Origin: Vulcanimicrobiota bacterium
GTDB taxonomy: Bacteria; Vulcanimicrobiota; Vulcanimicrobiia; Vulcanimicrobiales; Vulcanimicrobiaceae
Assembly (NCBI GenBank): GCA_963812155.1
Contig: CAWETW010000003.1
Span: forward strand, 320,001-384,000
DNA: 64,000 nucleotides
Reading direction: 5' to 3'
The first letter of the stretch is position 1. Every line of letters begins with the position of its first letter. Below, piece after piece: positions 29,398 to 39,852 of this stretch. The notes under the pieces were generated by a model. It searched no databases, was not told the origin of the DNA, and worked only from the letters and a program-made list of their open reading frames with translations. The position numbers and the translations under genes are program-made.

Positions 29398-30272
29398 GAA
29401 ATGACGATGCGGTCGATGACCATGACCGCGCACATGAGCGCCAGATAGATCAGCGAAAAACGAAACAAGCGGCGAGCCGCGACGGTCGCATCGCTCGCGC
29501 GCCACGTGCGAATCGCATCGGCGACGAAGACGCCGCCGAGCACCGCGGCGGCGGCAAAGTAGAACGCGCCCATGACGTGCAGGGGATAGAGCGCCAGCGA
29601 CGCGATCACGAGAATGATGCTGTAATAGACGATCTCGCGCTTAGTGCGCTGCTCGCCGTAGACGTTGGGAAACATCGGGATCTTCGCCTTGGCGTAGTCG
29701 AGCTCGGTCATTAGCGAGAGCGACCAGAAGTGCGGCGGCGTCCAGAGAAAGATCAGCGCGAAGAGACCCAGCGCCGGACCGCCGATGGAGTGCGTGACCG
29801 CCGCCCATCCTACGAGCGGCGGCACCGAGCCCGCGGCGCCGCCGATGACGATGTTGAGCGGCGTGATGCGTTTGAGCCACATCGTGTAGATCACGACGTA
29901 GTACAGATTTCCGGCGAGCGAGAGCCACGCCGCCAGCGGATTGACCAGCAGATAGAGCACCGCAAAGCCGGCAACGCCCGCGACGATTGCGAACGCGACC
30001 GCTTCCGGAACGCCGATGCGTCCCTGCGGAATCGGGCGGCGGCGGGTGCGCTCCATGAGGCCGTCGATGTCGGCGTCGTAGGCGCAGTTGAAGGCGCCGG
30101 CCGAGGCGGCAGCCAGCGCTCCGCCAAGCAGCGTCCACAGGACCAGCGCCGGTGCGGGAAGGCCGCGCGCCGCCATCGCCATCGCCGCTGCCGTGGTGAT
30201 CAGCAACAAAACGATGATGCGCGGTTTCGAGAGTTCGTAGTACGCCCCGATGCGCGCCGCGAATGCGCTCAC
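29394..30272 (-). CDS. ctaB: Protoheme IX farnesyltransferase (heme O synthase)
   Basis: KPRII, NCAYDADIDGLMERTRRRP, YTMWLKR, WTPPHFW. Confidence 0.95.
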   Translation of the reverse strand: MSAFAARIGAYYELSKPRIIVLLLITTAAAMAMAARGLPAPALVLWTLLGGALAAASAGAFNCAYDADIDGLMERTRRRPIPQGRIGVPEAVAFAIVAGVAGFAVLYLLVNPLAAWLSLAGNLYYVVIYTMWLKRITPLNIVIGGAAGSVPPLVGWAAVTHSIGGPALGLFALIFLWTPPHFWSLSLMTELDYAKAKIPMFPNVYGEQRTKREIVYYSIILVIASLALYPLHVMGAFYFAAAAVLGGVFVADAIRTWRASDATVAARRLFRFSLIYLALMCAVMVIDRIVIS

Positions 30273-31186
30273 GGATCGGCGATCGCGCTCGGAGCGCGCT
30301 GCAGTGCGCCGTTGTCGATGACGGCGAAGAGCGCTGCGACGACGAACGCGAGGAACGTCAGCGCGGCGTTCACCGCGTGCGCTTCGCGCAGTTCGGTCGG
30401 CAGCCGCAGCGCGACGTTGAGCAGTCCGAGAAGCACTTGCACGCCGACCAGAGCGACGCCGGTGCTGACGGCCGCGCGCACGCGCGCCGGCGCCGGTTGC
30501 GCCCAAGCGAGTGCGAGCGCGCCGGCGGCGGCAACCAGCGTTGCGCCGGCAGCGATGCGATGCAGCAGCTGCACGATCTGACCGTCGGAGTAGACGACGA
30601 CGTTGCCGGCGCAGCCGGGAATCGAGAGACACGCGAGACCGGCGCCGCTCGAGCTGACATACGCGCCGATGCACATCGTCACGAACGCAATCGTCGCGGT
30701 GGCGACGAGTGCCGGCGCGAGGAAATCGTACCTGGCTCCGGCGGTCCGCGGCGCGCCGGAATCCGAGGCAGCCGCGAAAATCGCCATCGCCGAAAGGGCC
30801 GCTACGAGTGCCATTGCCGTGGCCCAGTGCAGCACCACGGAGAACGGCGTATTCGCCAATCGGACGGTCGCCGCGCCAATCAGAATTTGGGCGACGAAGA
30901 TGGCTGCGATTACGACGACGGTGGGAGCGATGAACGGCGACTCTTTGCGCCGGCGCCACGCGCAGATCACGAGCGCGGCGACGAGCGGCGCGACCAACAG
31001 TGCCAGCAGGCGATGCGACCATTCCCAGATCGTGCCGTCGCTCATGGACGGGAGGATGCTGCCGCGGCACAGCGGCCAGTCGGGACAGGTTTCGCCCGCC
31101 CCGTTGATCCGCGTCCAACTTCCGAGGACCACCGCGCCCAGCGCGATCAGATCCGTCCCCAGCGCCAGGCGGCGCAGAGTTTTCAT
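30269..31186 (-). CDS. ctaA: Heme A synthase
   Basis: GAGETCPDWPLC, EWSHR, second Cys pair and QLLHR. Confidence 0.85.
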   Translation of the reverse strand: MKTLRRLALGTDLIALGAVVLGSWTRINGAGETCPDWPLCRGSILPSMSDGTIWEWSHRLLALLVAPLVAALVICAWRRRKESPFIAPTVVVIAAIFVAQILIGAATVRLANTPFSVVLHWATAMALVAALSAMAIFAAASDSGAPRTAGARYDFLAPALVATATIAFVTMCIGAYVSSSGAGLACLSIPGCAGNVVVYSDGQIVQLLHRIAAGATLVAAAGALALAWAQPAPARVRAAVSTGVALVGVQVLLGLLNVALRLPTELREAHAVNAALTFLAFVVAALFAVIDNGALQRAPSAIADP

Positions 31187-31298
31187 GCCAGTTCAGGGTA
31201 CCGGCGCGCCGTCATTGGTCACAATGACATTGGATGCTGGGTCTCATTATTCATCGCCGCCACGGGGGCGCGCCGACGCGCGCGCGAAGGCGAGGGCC

Positions 31299-31730
31299 GT
31301 GAAACGCTGGTGGGCGCTCGCGGCACTCCTGCTCCTCGTCGGTTGCCGGGAAGTCCGCGTGAAGACGCTTTCAACCGGAACGACGACCGTCCCGGGCGGC
31401 AACCAGATCGCCGTCGTCCGCAACCCCGACGACCTCGCAAAACTCGGCCTCCACGCGCCGGTGCACTTTCGCGGCGAGTTCGGCGTCATTCTCTTGATGG
31501 GTCCCCACGTCCGCACGGGGTACAAGCAGATCATCGAGTCGATTCGGGCGAACGACCAGCGCGTGAGGGTCGTAGCCTTCGAGCAGGAGCCTGCCGACGG
31601 CGGCGAACCTTCCCCGAGTTACCGCACGTACACCTTATGGATCGTGCCGAACAGCGTGTACCGGCGCGGCGTTCGAGTAGAAGTGGTCACGCCGAGCGAC
31701 GAGCCGATCGCCACCACGTATCTCCCGTAG
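31299..31730 (+). CDS. Lipoprotein, PrcB C-terminal-like domain
   Basis: LLLVGC lipobox; ILLMGPHVRTGY motif. Confidence 0.6.
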   Translation: MKRWWALAALLLLVGCREVRVKTLSTGTTTVPGGNQIAVVRNPDDLAKLGLHAPVHFRGEFGVILLMGPHVRTGYKQIIESIRANDQRVRVVAFEQEPADGGEPSPSYRTYTLWIVPNSVYRRGVRVEVVTPSDEPIATTYLP

Positions 31731-31749
31731 GAGTCTGCTGAAGAAACCG

Positions 31750-32847
31750 ATGCTGGTTCCCAAAGATTCCGCGCAGACTGCGGGAAGCGACGAACGCAAG
31801 GGCGCGCGCGTCGAGCGGCTTGGCGTCGTGATGAGTCCCGACGGAGAACGCACGGAAGCGGCCGGAATCCTCAATCCGGCGGCCGCGCGCGGACCGCAGA
31901 ACGAGTTGCTCCTCTATCCGCGTTGCGTCGCGCGCGGAAACATCTCGCGCGTCGGAACCGTTCAGGCCGATCCATCGCGAGACGGCATCGGCGTACGAAA
32001 GTTGGGATTCGCGCTCGAGCCGCAAGCGCCGTACGAAAAGCGCGCGCGCGGCGGACACGGATGCGAAGATCCGCGCGTCACCTACATTCCGGCACTGAAG
32101 GCATACGTGATGGCGTACACGGCGTTTGGACCCGATGGTCCGCGCGTTGCCTTCGCGATTTCGGACGACGCGTACCACTGGGAGCGCCTCGGCTTAGCTC
32201 GCTTCGACGGCACCGGAACGCCGGCGGGCGACGACAAGGACGCAGCCTTTTTCCCCGAGCCGGTCACGTCGCCGGCCGGCGTGCGCAGTCTCGCCTTCTA
32301 CCATCGGCCGATGCTCCATCTTTCCGCGCTCGACGGCCGCGCGGCGATACCGATGATCGAGCGATTGCCGTTCGACGAACGCGAATCGATTCGCATCGCG
32401 TACGTTCCGCTGGAAGCCGTCTTGAAGGATCGTGCAAACCTCCTCAACGTGGCCGAGAGCGTCAACGCACTCTCGCCCGACGCAAACTGGGGCTCGATCA
32501 AGATCGGCGCGGGCACGCCGCCGGTACGCATCGCCGAAGGCTGGATGTCGCTCTATCACGGCGTCGATTGCATCGGGAATCACGGGCGCAAGCCGCTCCT
32601 CACCTACAGCAGCGGCATCGTCGTGCACGATCTCGAGCGACCCGACCGCATCGTCTATCGTTCACCCAAGCCGATCATCACGCCCGAGACCGACTTCGAA
32701 CGCGAGGGCACCGTCGACAACGTCGTCTTTCCGACCGGATTGGATCCGCGTCCCGATATCGGCGAACGCGTCTTCGATTTCTACTACGGTGCAGGCGACT
32801 GGAGGGTCGCCGCCGCGCGCATGTGGCTCGACGACAACCTAACCTAA
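31750..32847 (+). CDS. GH130-family glycosidase/phosphorylase
   Basis: ILNPAA, GCEDPRVT, DDKDAAFFP, DNVVFPTG, YYGAGD. Confidence 0.85.
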   Translation: MLVPKDSAQTAGSDERKGARVERLGVVMSPDGERTEAAGILNPAAARGPQNELLLYPRCVARGNISRVGTVQADPSRDGIGVRKLGFALEPQAPYEKRARGGHGCEDPRVTYIPALKAYVMAYTAFGPDGPRVAFAISDDAYHWERLGLARFDGTGTPAGDDKDAAFFPEPVTSPAGVRSLAFYHRPMLHLSALDGRAAIPMIERLPFDERESIRIAYVPLEAVLKDRANLLNVAESVNALSPDANWGSIKIGAGTPPVRIAEGWMSLYHGVDCIGNHGRKPLLTYSSGIVVHDLERPDRIVYRSPKPIITPETDFEREGTVDNVVFPTGLDPRPDIGERVFDFYYGAGDWRVAAARMWLDDNLT

Positions 32848-32856
32848 TATTCTGGT

Positions 32857-33252
32857 CTAGCGTGCGGAATTCAAACGGAACCGCAGGCTCAGCGTCGTGC
32901 CCGGCGTCGTCCGCAGTTCGACCGAATCGGCGACCGCGCGCATGATGCGCATTCCGAAACCGCGCTGCGGCCGTCGCCGCGGCTTTACGAACGTTCCGCG
33001 ATCGACGACTTCGACGTTGAGTGCGTCGTCGCCGTCGACGAACGCGACGATGCGCACCTCACCGGCCGGCTCGCCGCAGTACGCGTGCTCGATGGCGTTC
33101 GCCAGGGCCTCACCGACCGCCGTGATGACGTCGAGGCGTATCGGTTCGGGAATGCCGACCGCGTCGAGGAAATCGGAAAGCGCGCGGCGCATCGGCGCCG
33201 CGGCCGCGGCGTCGGCGACGCGCTCGAGCGAGAAGCGGCCGTGCCTGATCAC
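32857..33252 (-). CDS. RsbW/SpoIIAB-like anti-sigma kinase (HATPase)
   Basis: AVGEALANAIEHAY, VVDRG, RGFGMRIM; GTG overlaps the STAS stop. Confidence 0.85.
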   Translation of the reverse strand: MIRHGRFSLERVADAAAAAPMRRALSDFLDAVGIPEPIRLDVITAVGEALANAIEHAYCGEPAGEVRIVAFVDGDDALNVEVVDRGTFVKPRRRPQRGFGMRIMRAVADSVELRTTPGTTLSLRFRLNSAR

Positions 33253-33572
33253 GCCGCCTCTTCCAGATGCCGGCGCGCATCGTCGCGATTGGAGAAAACG
33301 TCGAAAACCTCGTACAATCCCGCATAGCGCACGATGCGGTCGAGCTGCGGCGTGGCGATGACGACCGCAACCGGCAAATCGCGTTCCTTCGCGACCAGGC
33401 GAAAGCGCAAGAGTTCGGTCAGCGCCGTCGAGTCGGCGTAGTCGACGCCGGACATGTCGAGCAGAACGCCGTCGGCTCCATCGACGGAAAGGGCGGCGCG
33501 CAACTCCTCTTTGCGCGCGATGTCGAGTTCGCCGCGCAGCGCGATGACGGCGATGTTCGGATTTTCTCTCAC
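33249..33572 (-). CDS. STAS domain anti-sigma antagonist
   Basis: LRGELDI, LDMSGVDYADSTAL. Confidence 0.85.
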   Translation of the reverse strand: MRENPNIAVIALRGELDIARKEELRAALSVDGADGVLLDMSGVDYADSTALTELLRFRLVAKERDLPVAVVIATPQLDRIVRYAGLYEVFDVFSNRDDARRHLEEAA

Positions 33573-35020
33573 GATGCGCGCACCTCGGCAAGCGCACCGA
33601 CGAGCGGCGGCGCGTCGGCGCTGGAAAACGAGAGCGTGAGGATGGCGACGTCGTCGCCGGCCGATGCGTCTTGGAAGATTCTCCGGTAAATCCAGTTCGC
33701 CGGATCGGCGCGCGGCGGTATTTTCGTGATTGCGTCGAGCAGCGCGCGTTCGCCCGCGAGAATGTCGTGCGACAGTTCGGTGACGCCGTCGGTGTAGAGT
33801 ACCAGCAGTGCGCCCGGAACGGTCGTGACGCGATGCAAACGATAGCCGGCGTCGGCTGAAATTCCCAGCGGCAAGCCGCCGTATTCCAAGCAGCGCGGCG
33901 CCACGCCCGGCTCGGCCAAAATCGGTGGAGGATGCCCTGCGCCGGAGTATGCAAACGTGCATCCGTGCGTCTCGGCGATGCCCACGAGTGCGGTGACGGT
34001 CGGAGCCTGCGAGGCGTCGCGGGTCAAGCGCTGGTTGACGCGCGCCAGTATTGCGGCAGCGTCGGCTTCGACTAATGCGGCTGCAAGAATTTCGTTGCGC
34101 ACGCGGCTCATCGTCACCGCAGCCGACATGCCGTGCCCGGCAACGTCGCCGATGGCGAAGAGCACGCGCCCCGCGCCGAGATCGAACGCGTCGTACCAGT
34201 CGCCTCCCACGCGCTCCTGTTCTCCGGCCGAAGCGTACGTCGAACTGAACGTCACCGAGGGCACCGCCGGGAGAGCGCGCTGCACGAAAGCACGCTGCAG
34301 CGTTTCGACCACGCGCCGTTCGGCGCTGAAGGCGGCGCGCAGGTCGCGTTCGCGCATCTGCATTTCTTCGCGCTCCCCTCGTGCCCGTTCCAACCGGCGC
34401 CACGCTTGAGCGGTGCTGTCGGCAAAGAAGAAGCCGATTGCGAAACTCAGCAGCGCCGAAACGACGATCAACGCGCCGAACTCCGCAAGTTCCCGCTCGG
34501 ATTCCAAGAGCAGGAGATCGTTTCGCCGGTCGAGCTCCGCGTCGACGACGTGCCAATCGTTGCGGAACCGGTCGACGAATCTCTTGCCGGCTTTCTGAAT
34601 CGTCAGGGTGCTCGTCTCGGGCTTGCGCAGCGAAGGGGCTGCGACCGACGTGACCCAGGCCGAGTTCACGTTGGCCGCGTCGGCGAGCGCGTTCTGCGCG
34701 TGTGCCAAGTGCAGCTGCACCAAGAGATCGTTCAACGCGGCAAACCTTCCGGGAAGCGCGTGTCGCGCGGTCTGGTACGGCGCCAGAAAGAGCCGGTCGC
34801 GCGTCGCAAGATAGCCGCGTAGGCCGGTTTCCTCGTCGAGCTGATCGCGCAGGGTCGCGAACAGCAGCGCGCGTGCACGGCGGATGCTTTGCGACGTGTC
34901 GAAGGTTCGGGCGACCGAGTTACGGATGGCCCAGCCGGCGCCGAATTGGACGACCACGACCAGGATCAACGCGCCGACCCACAACGATGTCCAAGGCCGC
35001 AACATGCGCCTCAACGGCAT
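33569..35020 (-). CDS. Membrane CHASE3-like sensor fused to SpoIIE/RsbU PP2C phosphatase
   Basis: DEETGLRGYL...FLAPY; VGGDWYD, GDVAGHG, AGHPPP, YTDGVTE, DDVAIL. Confidence 0.9.
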   Translation of the reverse strand: MPLRRMLRPWTSLWVGALILVVVVQFGAGWAIRNSVARTFDTSQSIRRARALLFATLRDQLDEETGLRGYLATRDRLFLAPYQTARHALPGRFAALNDLLVQLHLAHAQNALADAANVNSAWVTSVAAPSLRKPETSTLTIQKAGKRFVDRFRNDWHVVDAELDRRNDLLLLESERELAEFGALIVVSALLSFAIGFFFADSTAQAWRRLERARGEREEMQMRERDLRAAFSAERRVVETLQRAFVQRALPAVPSVTFSSTYASAGEQERVGGDWYDAFDLGAGRVLFAIGDVAGHGMSAAVTMSRVRNEILAAALVEADAAAILARVNQRLTRDASQAPTVTALVGIAETHGCTFAYSGAGHPPPILAEPGVAPRCLEYGGLPLGISADAGYRLHRVTTVPGALLVLYTDGVTELSHDILAGERALLDAITKIPPRADPANWIYRRIFQDASAGDDVAILTLSFSSADAPPLVGALAEVRAS

Positions 35021-35167
35021 GTGAAATTGCTTAGAGGGCGCGCCTTGGTTCCCTCTCACGCTCGCAGGCTTCCAGGCGTAACGGCGACTTTTATTGGTAT
35101 GAACAATGTGTCAGGGAGATGACAGACGGCGGGGCGCCGGCCTCCTATACTGGATCGAATGCCGCCC

Positions 35168-35908
35168 CTATGCGAGGGGCGGCACCGAGGTATAGAGTTG
35201 CTGATACGCCTTCGAGATCGCATGGTAGCACTCGCACGAGGCACCTTCGAGCCCGCTGCGATCGACGATGTGCACTCGGCCACGCCGGTAGCGGATCAAT
35301 CCCGCGCGCTGCAGGGCCGAGGCGGCCTCGGAGACGGTAGGCCGGCGGGAGCCGACCATTTCTGCGAGCAGCTCCTGGATAAGCTCGAAATCGTCGCTGC
35401 GCGCGCGGTCGGCGGTCGTCAAGAGCCATCGCGCGCAGCGTTGTACGGCGTTGTGCAGCCGGTTGCAGGCGGACGATTGCGAGATGACGTTGATCAAAAC
35501 GTTGGCATAACGCAGCAAGAAATCGCCGACGCGGGGCGCGCTTTGAACGATCCTCAAGAACTCGTCGGTGCCGATCAGGCACGCGATGCCTGGAACTTGG
35601 ATGAAGGAGCGGAGCGTTCCGGTTTCCCCACCGAGGATTGCCGAAATTCCAACCAGTCCTTCATTCCCAATCGTCACGGCTTCGATAGAGTCTCCGGCAT
35701 GCGTGCACGTAACCGTGGATGCGACGGCCGTCAGCGGAAAGCAGAAAAATTCGATGGGGTCGCCCGCGTTGTGGATCGTGAAACCGGTTTCGACGAATCG
35801 AACGTCGGCGGCCGTCTTGAGCGACGCCAAGGCGCTGGGTCCGAGCAACGCGAGCACGCGATTATCGGTGACGGGCAGTTTCAACTCGCCGGCGCGCTCG
35901 AGGTTCAT
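35168..35908 (-). CDS. Crp/Fnr family transcriptional regulator
   Basis: IGNEGLVG, ACNRLH...RCARWLL, QELLAEMVGSRRPTVS HTH. Confidence 0.9.
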   Translation of the reverse strand: MNLERAGELKLPVTDNRVLALLGPSALASLKTAADVRFVETGFTIHNAGDPIEFFCFPLTAVASTVTCTHAGDSIEAVTIGNEGLVGISAILGGETGTLRSFIQVPGIACLIGTDEFLRIVQSAPRVGDFLLRYANVLINVISQSSACNRLHNAVQRCARWLLTTADRARSDDFELIQELLAEMVGSRRPTVSEAASALQRAGLIRYRRGRVHIVDRSGLEGASCECYHAISKAYQQLYTSVPPLA

Positions 35909-35950
35909 CGCTGCGGCGCCTGGACGACTCTGACGAACGGACGGTATATT

Positions 35951-36268
35951 GTGGATTCCGAATCTTTGAACGGCGGCGCCTACGACGAAAGGGCGAACGT
36001 TCTCACGCTTTCCGGTGAGTGGGACTTTGCCGGGAAGGACGCGCTGCGAACCTTGACCGCACGGTTGCACGGTTCCCCCGCAGCGACGATCGACCTGTGC
36101 GGCGTACGCTTCATGGATTCTTCCGTCATCAACGAAATCTTTCGCACGTACAAACGGCTCGCCGCCGAGGGTGCTACGCTGCGTCTGGTCGTTGCCGACG
36201 AACGAATCGAGCGCTTGCTGCAAATAACGCAGGTGGATCAAGTCATGGAAGTCTCGCGCCGGGTTTAG
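35951..36268 (+). CDS. STAS domain protein
   Basis: LSGEWD, IDLCGVRFMDSSVI. Confidence 0.85.
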   Translation: MDSESLNGGAYDERANVLTLSGEWDFAGKDALRTLTARLHGSPAATIDLCGVRFMDSSVINEIFRTYKRLAAEGATLRLVVADERIERLLQITQVDQVMEVSRRV

Positions 36269-39200
36269 TGCGGAGTCGCGGCTTCGGCGACGGCTCGATT
36301 CATGGGCAGTAAGAGAAAACTCCGCCGCCGATCGTCGTCCTCGATGCTCGCCGCAAAGCGTTCGAGTTCCTCGCGCCCGCGCTGCGCCGCCTGTCGCGCT
36401 TCGTCTGACTTTCCAGCGGCCGCGTAACCCTGCGCCATGGCCCACCACGCGTAATGCGGCCACATCGCACCGGCGAAGTTGTTGCGGCTTAACGGTTCGA
36501 GCTCCGATGCCGTTGCAAGCGCGTCGCCGCTTCTCCCGGCGGAAACGTATGCCAGGATGAGGTCGGAGAGGTCGTCGACGAACTCGTGCGGTTCTTGGAT
36601 CGGCCGTCGCAACGCGATCCCCGCCTCCATGTGCGCGATTGCGGCGCGCGCATTGCCTAGGAGACGTTCTGCGTTTCCGAGATTGGAGAGCGCTGCGGCC
36701 TCGAACCCGGGAAACCCGATGTCGCGCGCGGTTTGCAAGGCCGTCTGCGCCATCGCTTTCGCGGCGGCGAGATTGCCGAGTTGCAGATGCAGGAAACTCT
36801 CGTTTACTTGATTGACGCAGGTCGTCCGCTTTTCGTGAACGACGTCGAGCAACGCGTTGGAGCGCTTGATGGAGTCCATCGCCTCGTGAAAAAGGCCGGA
36901 TTTCATCTGCAGCACGGTTCGATTTGCATACGTCAGCGCGAGGCCGCGTTTGTTTCCGAAGGAATCGTATGCGTCGATGGCGCGGTCGAACTCGCGCAGC
37001 GCGAGCGCGTAGTCGCCCAGACAGGTGGCCGTTGCAGCCAGACGGCCGCGGCTATAGGCTTCGCCCTCGCGATCGTTGGTGGCCAGCGATATTTCAAGCG
37101 AGCGTTGCGAGAGGTCGAATGCGGCGCGATACTCTTGGCGCAGCATGAGCGCCGTCGCCACCATCGCCAGCGCGCGAGCCTCTACCGCGCGATTGGCCAA
37201 GCTCGTCGAGCGTTCGCGCATGGCCTCGATATACGATCGAGACGCTTGCGTTTCGCCGATGTGCGACGTAATTTCGACCAGCAGAAAGAGCGCCTCGAAC
37301 TGGCCTTGCACGTCGCCAAGATCTTCATAGGATTCGAGCGCGCGGCGAGCGATATCGAGAGCCTCGGCGGAACGGCCGCACAGTTTGGCGTGCGTGGATG
37401 CATAAATCAGCGCTTGCGCGCGAGCCTCGCCGGTGCCGATCGCCTCGGCGGCTTCCCTCAACGCCGCGACGTAGCGGCCTTCTTCGTCGGAATCGCCCAA
37501 ACTGCGAGCCAGCATCACGCGGCGTTCGATGACGTCGAATCGCGCGCGCGGATTTCCCTCCGAAAGGGCGTCCAACGCGTCGATGTCCTCGCGTTGTCCG
37601 GTGCGGTCTCCGCGCCGTCCGCGCGCCTTCTCGCGGATGTCCAGTGCTGCCGCCCGCTCTTCATCGGACGCGGAAAGCGCGAGCGCACGGCCGGCCAGTT
37701 CGATTGCGTCGGCGTAGGCGTAGACCGCCGTGGCCGCGCGCGCCGCACTCAGATACCAGGCCGCTGCAGCCCGCGCATCCCCGGCAGCCTCGAAATGCAT
37801 CGCGATTTGCCGAGGCAAACCGGATTCGCTTTTGCGATAGGTCGTTTCGAGATAGCGAGCGATGCGAAGGTGGCGCTGCGAGCGAAAGGCCGGATCGATC
37901 TTGCGATACATCGCGTCGACGATGAGATGGTGGCTGAAAACGTAATCAACGTTCGTGCGCGCGCCGGCCTCACGGACGATTCGCCGTTCGAGCAATTCGT
38001 CGAGTCCGCGCGAAACCGCGGCGGCCGGCGCGTTCGAAACTTCGCGGAGGAGAGAGACGGTGAAGCCCAAACCGGCGACGGCCGCAAGCTCTGCAACATT
38101 GCGAGCCTCGGCACTGAGCGAGTCGAGGCGGCCGTCGATGAGCTGGGCGACGCTTTTCGAGACGGTCTCGGCTTCGGATACGCCGCGCTCGATCGCGGTT
38201 TCGATAGCCGCGGTGAGGAAAAACGCGTTGCCCTCGCTTTGTGCGTACAGCTTCGAGGCGAGATCTCCGCCGGCGTCGTGCAGCTCTTCGACGCGATCGA
38301 TCAGCGCCGAGACGTCGCGCGGCTCGAAGCGATCGATATCCAACTCCGACGCGTTGTCGAATACCTCTAACGATCGCTGCAGCGCGCGCACGGGATGGTC
38401 CGGGGGCGTTTGTTCTTCGCGACAGGTCCCGACGATCAGCACGGGTGCCGCCCCGATTTCCCGGACGATTGCGCCGACGGCTTCGGCCGTTGCCGAACCG
38501 GCCCAATGGAGATCTTCGAGAACGAGCAGCAGGGGTCGAGGCGATGCGAGACGATGGACGGCATCGCGCAATGCGTCGTGAACGCGCGCGGCCTCCTGAT
38601 CCGCGGTACGCTCGGCGGATACGACTGGGGAAACGGCCGCGTCGCGTATTTCGGGAACGAGCTGCGCCAAAATCGCGCGGCGTCCGGCGTCGGGTGGCCG
38701 CGCCAGCAGCAGAGGCAACGCCGAACGAAGCGCTTCGGCGATGGCTTGATACGGCAGCAGTTCGGGCATCGAGGTCGTTCCGGTGAAAACGCGGCCGCCT
38801 TCCGACTGCACTTTGCGGGCGAACTCGGAAACCAAGCGTGTCTTTCCCACGCCCGCTTCGCCGCGAAGTAAAACCAGCGATCCGGAACCGCGAGCCGCGC
38901 GCGTCCATACTGCTTGAAGTTTCTCTAACTCGCGCTCGCGCCCGACGAACGGAAAACCCGCGCGCTCTCGCGACGATGCGGTCGACGAACGTTCGACCGG
39001 AACGTTCAGGCTTCCGGGAAGCGCTTCGTTGCGCAGAATCGATTGCCGCAGACCGACCGTCTCGGGCATCGGTGCAACGTCGAGCTCGTCGCGGAGTCGT
39101 TTTGCAAAGCCTTCGTACTCCGCCAGCGCTCCCGACGTGTCGCCCGATTCGTAGCGCAGCGCAACGAGCTCGCGTAAGGCGTCTTCGCGCCACGGATCGG

Positions 39201-39780
39201 CGAGAAGAATGCGCTTCGCATCGGCGATCGCGTTTTCGAACCGGCGATCGGCACGATGCTTGTCGAGTAAGTGCTTCAACAACGCCAGGTACCGGGAGCG
39301 CAAGAGTTCGCGTTCGGCGAGCACCCAGTCTTCGTAGAGATCCGCCAGCAGGTCTCCGGTGTAGAGTTCGGCGGCCCGTTCCCAACTGTGCGGGTCGGCG
39401 CTCAATCGATCGAATTCGAGCACGTCCACGAAAGCGCCGCCTTCGGCATTCCAACGCACCGTTTCGGGGTCGACCGCAATCCACGGAACCGGCGAGGTGA
39501 GCGATTTGTTTGCCCGGTAAAGATAACGGCGAAGCTCGGCGAGCGCAGTCGCCTCGTCGGCCTCGGGAAACGTGAGATAGGCGAGGGCTTCGCGCGAGAC
39601 GGGATGGCCGCGCTTGAGCACGAGGTAGGCAATCATCGCCAGCGTGGTGGAGCGTTTGGCGAACTTTACCGGGACGCCGTCGAGCGTGATGGTCGCGTGC
39701 CCGAACAAACGGATATCGAGTTGACCGCGCTTGCCGGGAACCAGCGCCGTCGCCGTGCTTGCGCGCATGACCGCAGCCAT
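36265..39780 (-). CDS. SARP-type regulator: winged-helix/BTAD + STAND-type ATPase + TPR repeats
   Basis: IRLFG...REALAYLTFPE, VDVLEF, YTGDLL, DPWRE (BTAD); GEAGVGKT Walker A; LEDLHWA Walker B; helical C-terminal repeats. Confidence 0.9.
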   Translation of the reverse strand: MAAVMRASTATALVPGKRGQLDIRLFGHATITLDGVPVKFAKRSTTLAMIAYLVLKRGHPVSREALAYLTFPEADEATALAELRRYLYRANKSLTSPVPWIAVDPETVRWNAEGGAFVDVLEFDRLSADPHSWERAAELYTGDLLADLYEDWVLAERELLRSRYLALLKHLLDKHRADRRFENAIADAKRILLADPWREDALRELVALRYESGDTSGALAEYEGFAKRLRDELDVAPMPETVGLRQSILRNEALPGSLNVPVERSSTASSRERAGFPFVGRERELEKLQAVWTRAARGSGSLVLLRGEAGVGKTRLVSEFARKVQSEGGRVFTGTTSMPELLPYQAIAEALRSALPLLLARPPDAGRRAILAQLVPEIRDAAVSPVVSAERTADQEAARVHDALRDAVHRLASPRPLLLVLEDLHWAGSATAEAVGAIVREIGAAPVLIVGTCREEQTPPDHPVRALQRSLEVFDNASELDIDRFEPRDVSALIDRVEELHDAGGDLASKLYAQSEGNAFFLTAAIETAIERGVSEAETVSKSVAQLIDGRLDSLSAEARNVAELAAVAGLGFTVSLLREVSNAPAAAVSRGLDELLERRIVREAGARTNVDYVFSHHLIVDAMYRKIDPAFRSQRHLRIARYLETTYRKSESGLPRQIAMHFEAAGDARAAAAWYLSAARAATAVYAYADAIELAGRALALSASDEERAAALDIREKARGRRGDRTGQREDIDALDALSEGNPRARFDVIERRVMLARSLGDSDEEGRYVAALREAAEAIGTGEARAQALIYASTHAKLCGRSAEALDIARRALESYEDLGDVQGQFEALFLLVEITSHIGETQASRSYIEAMRERSTSLANRAVEARALAMVATALMLRQEYRAAFDLSQRSLEISLATNDREGEAYSRGRLAATATCLGDYALALREFDRAIDAYDSFGNKRGLALTYANRTVLQMKSGLFHEAMDSIKRSNALLDVVHEKRTTCVNQVNESFLHLQLGNLAAAKAMAQTALQTARDIGFPGFEAAALSNLGNAERLLGNARAAIAHMEAGIALRRPIQEPHEFVDDLSDLILAYVSAGRSGDALATASELEPLSRNNFAGAMWPHYAWWAMAQGYAAAGKSDEARQAAQRGREELERFAASIEDDDRRRSFLLLPMNRAVAEAATPH

Positions 39781-39814
39781 GTTCGAGAGCGAGCGCGATC
39801 CGGCCTGGAGCGCG

Positions 39815-39846
39815 TGCACGTTTTTGGCACGCCGCTCCGGTACGCT
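39815..39846 (+). promoter_or_regulatory. SARP-type direct-repeat box plus -10 element
   Basis: TGCACGT-tttt-GGCACGC-8 nt-TACGCT-6 nt-ATG. Confidence 0.65.
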
Positions 39847-39852
39847 TTGCGC

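Noticed and set aside
36265..39780. STAND-TPR protein as an Avs-like antiphage system
   Set aside because: N-terminus is a DNA-binding/BTAD activator, not a nuclease or other effector, and matching operator boxes are adjacent
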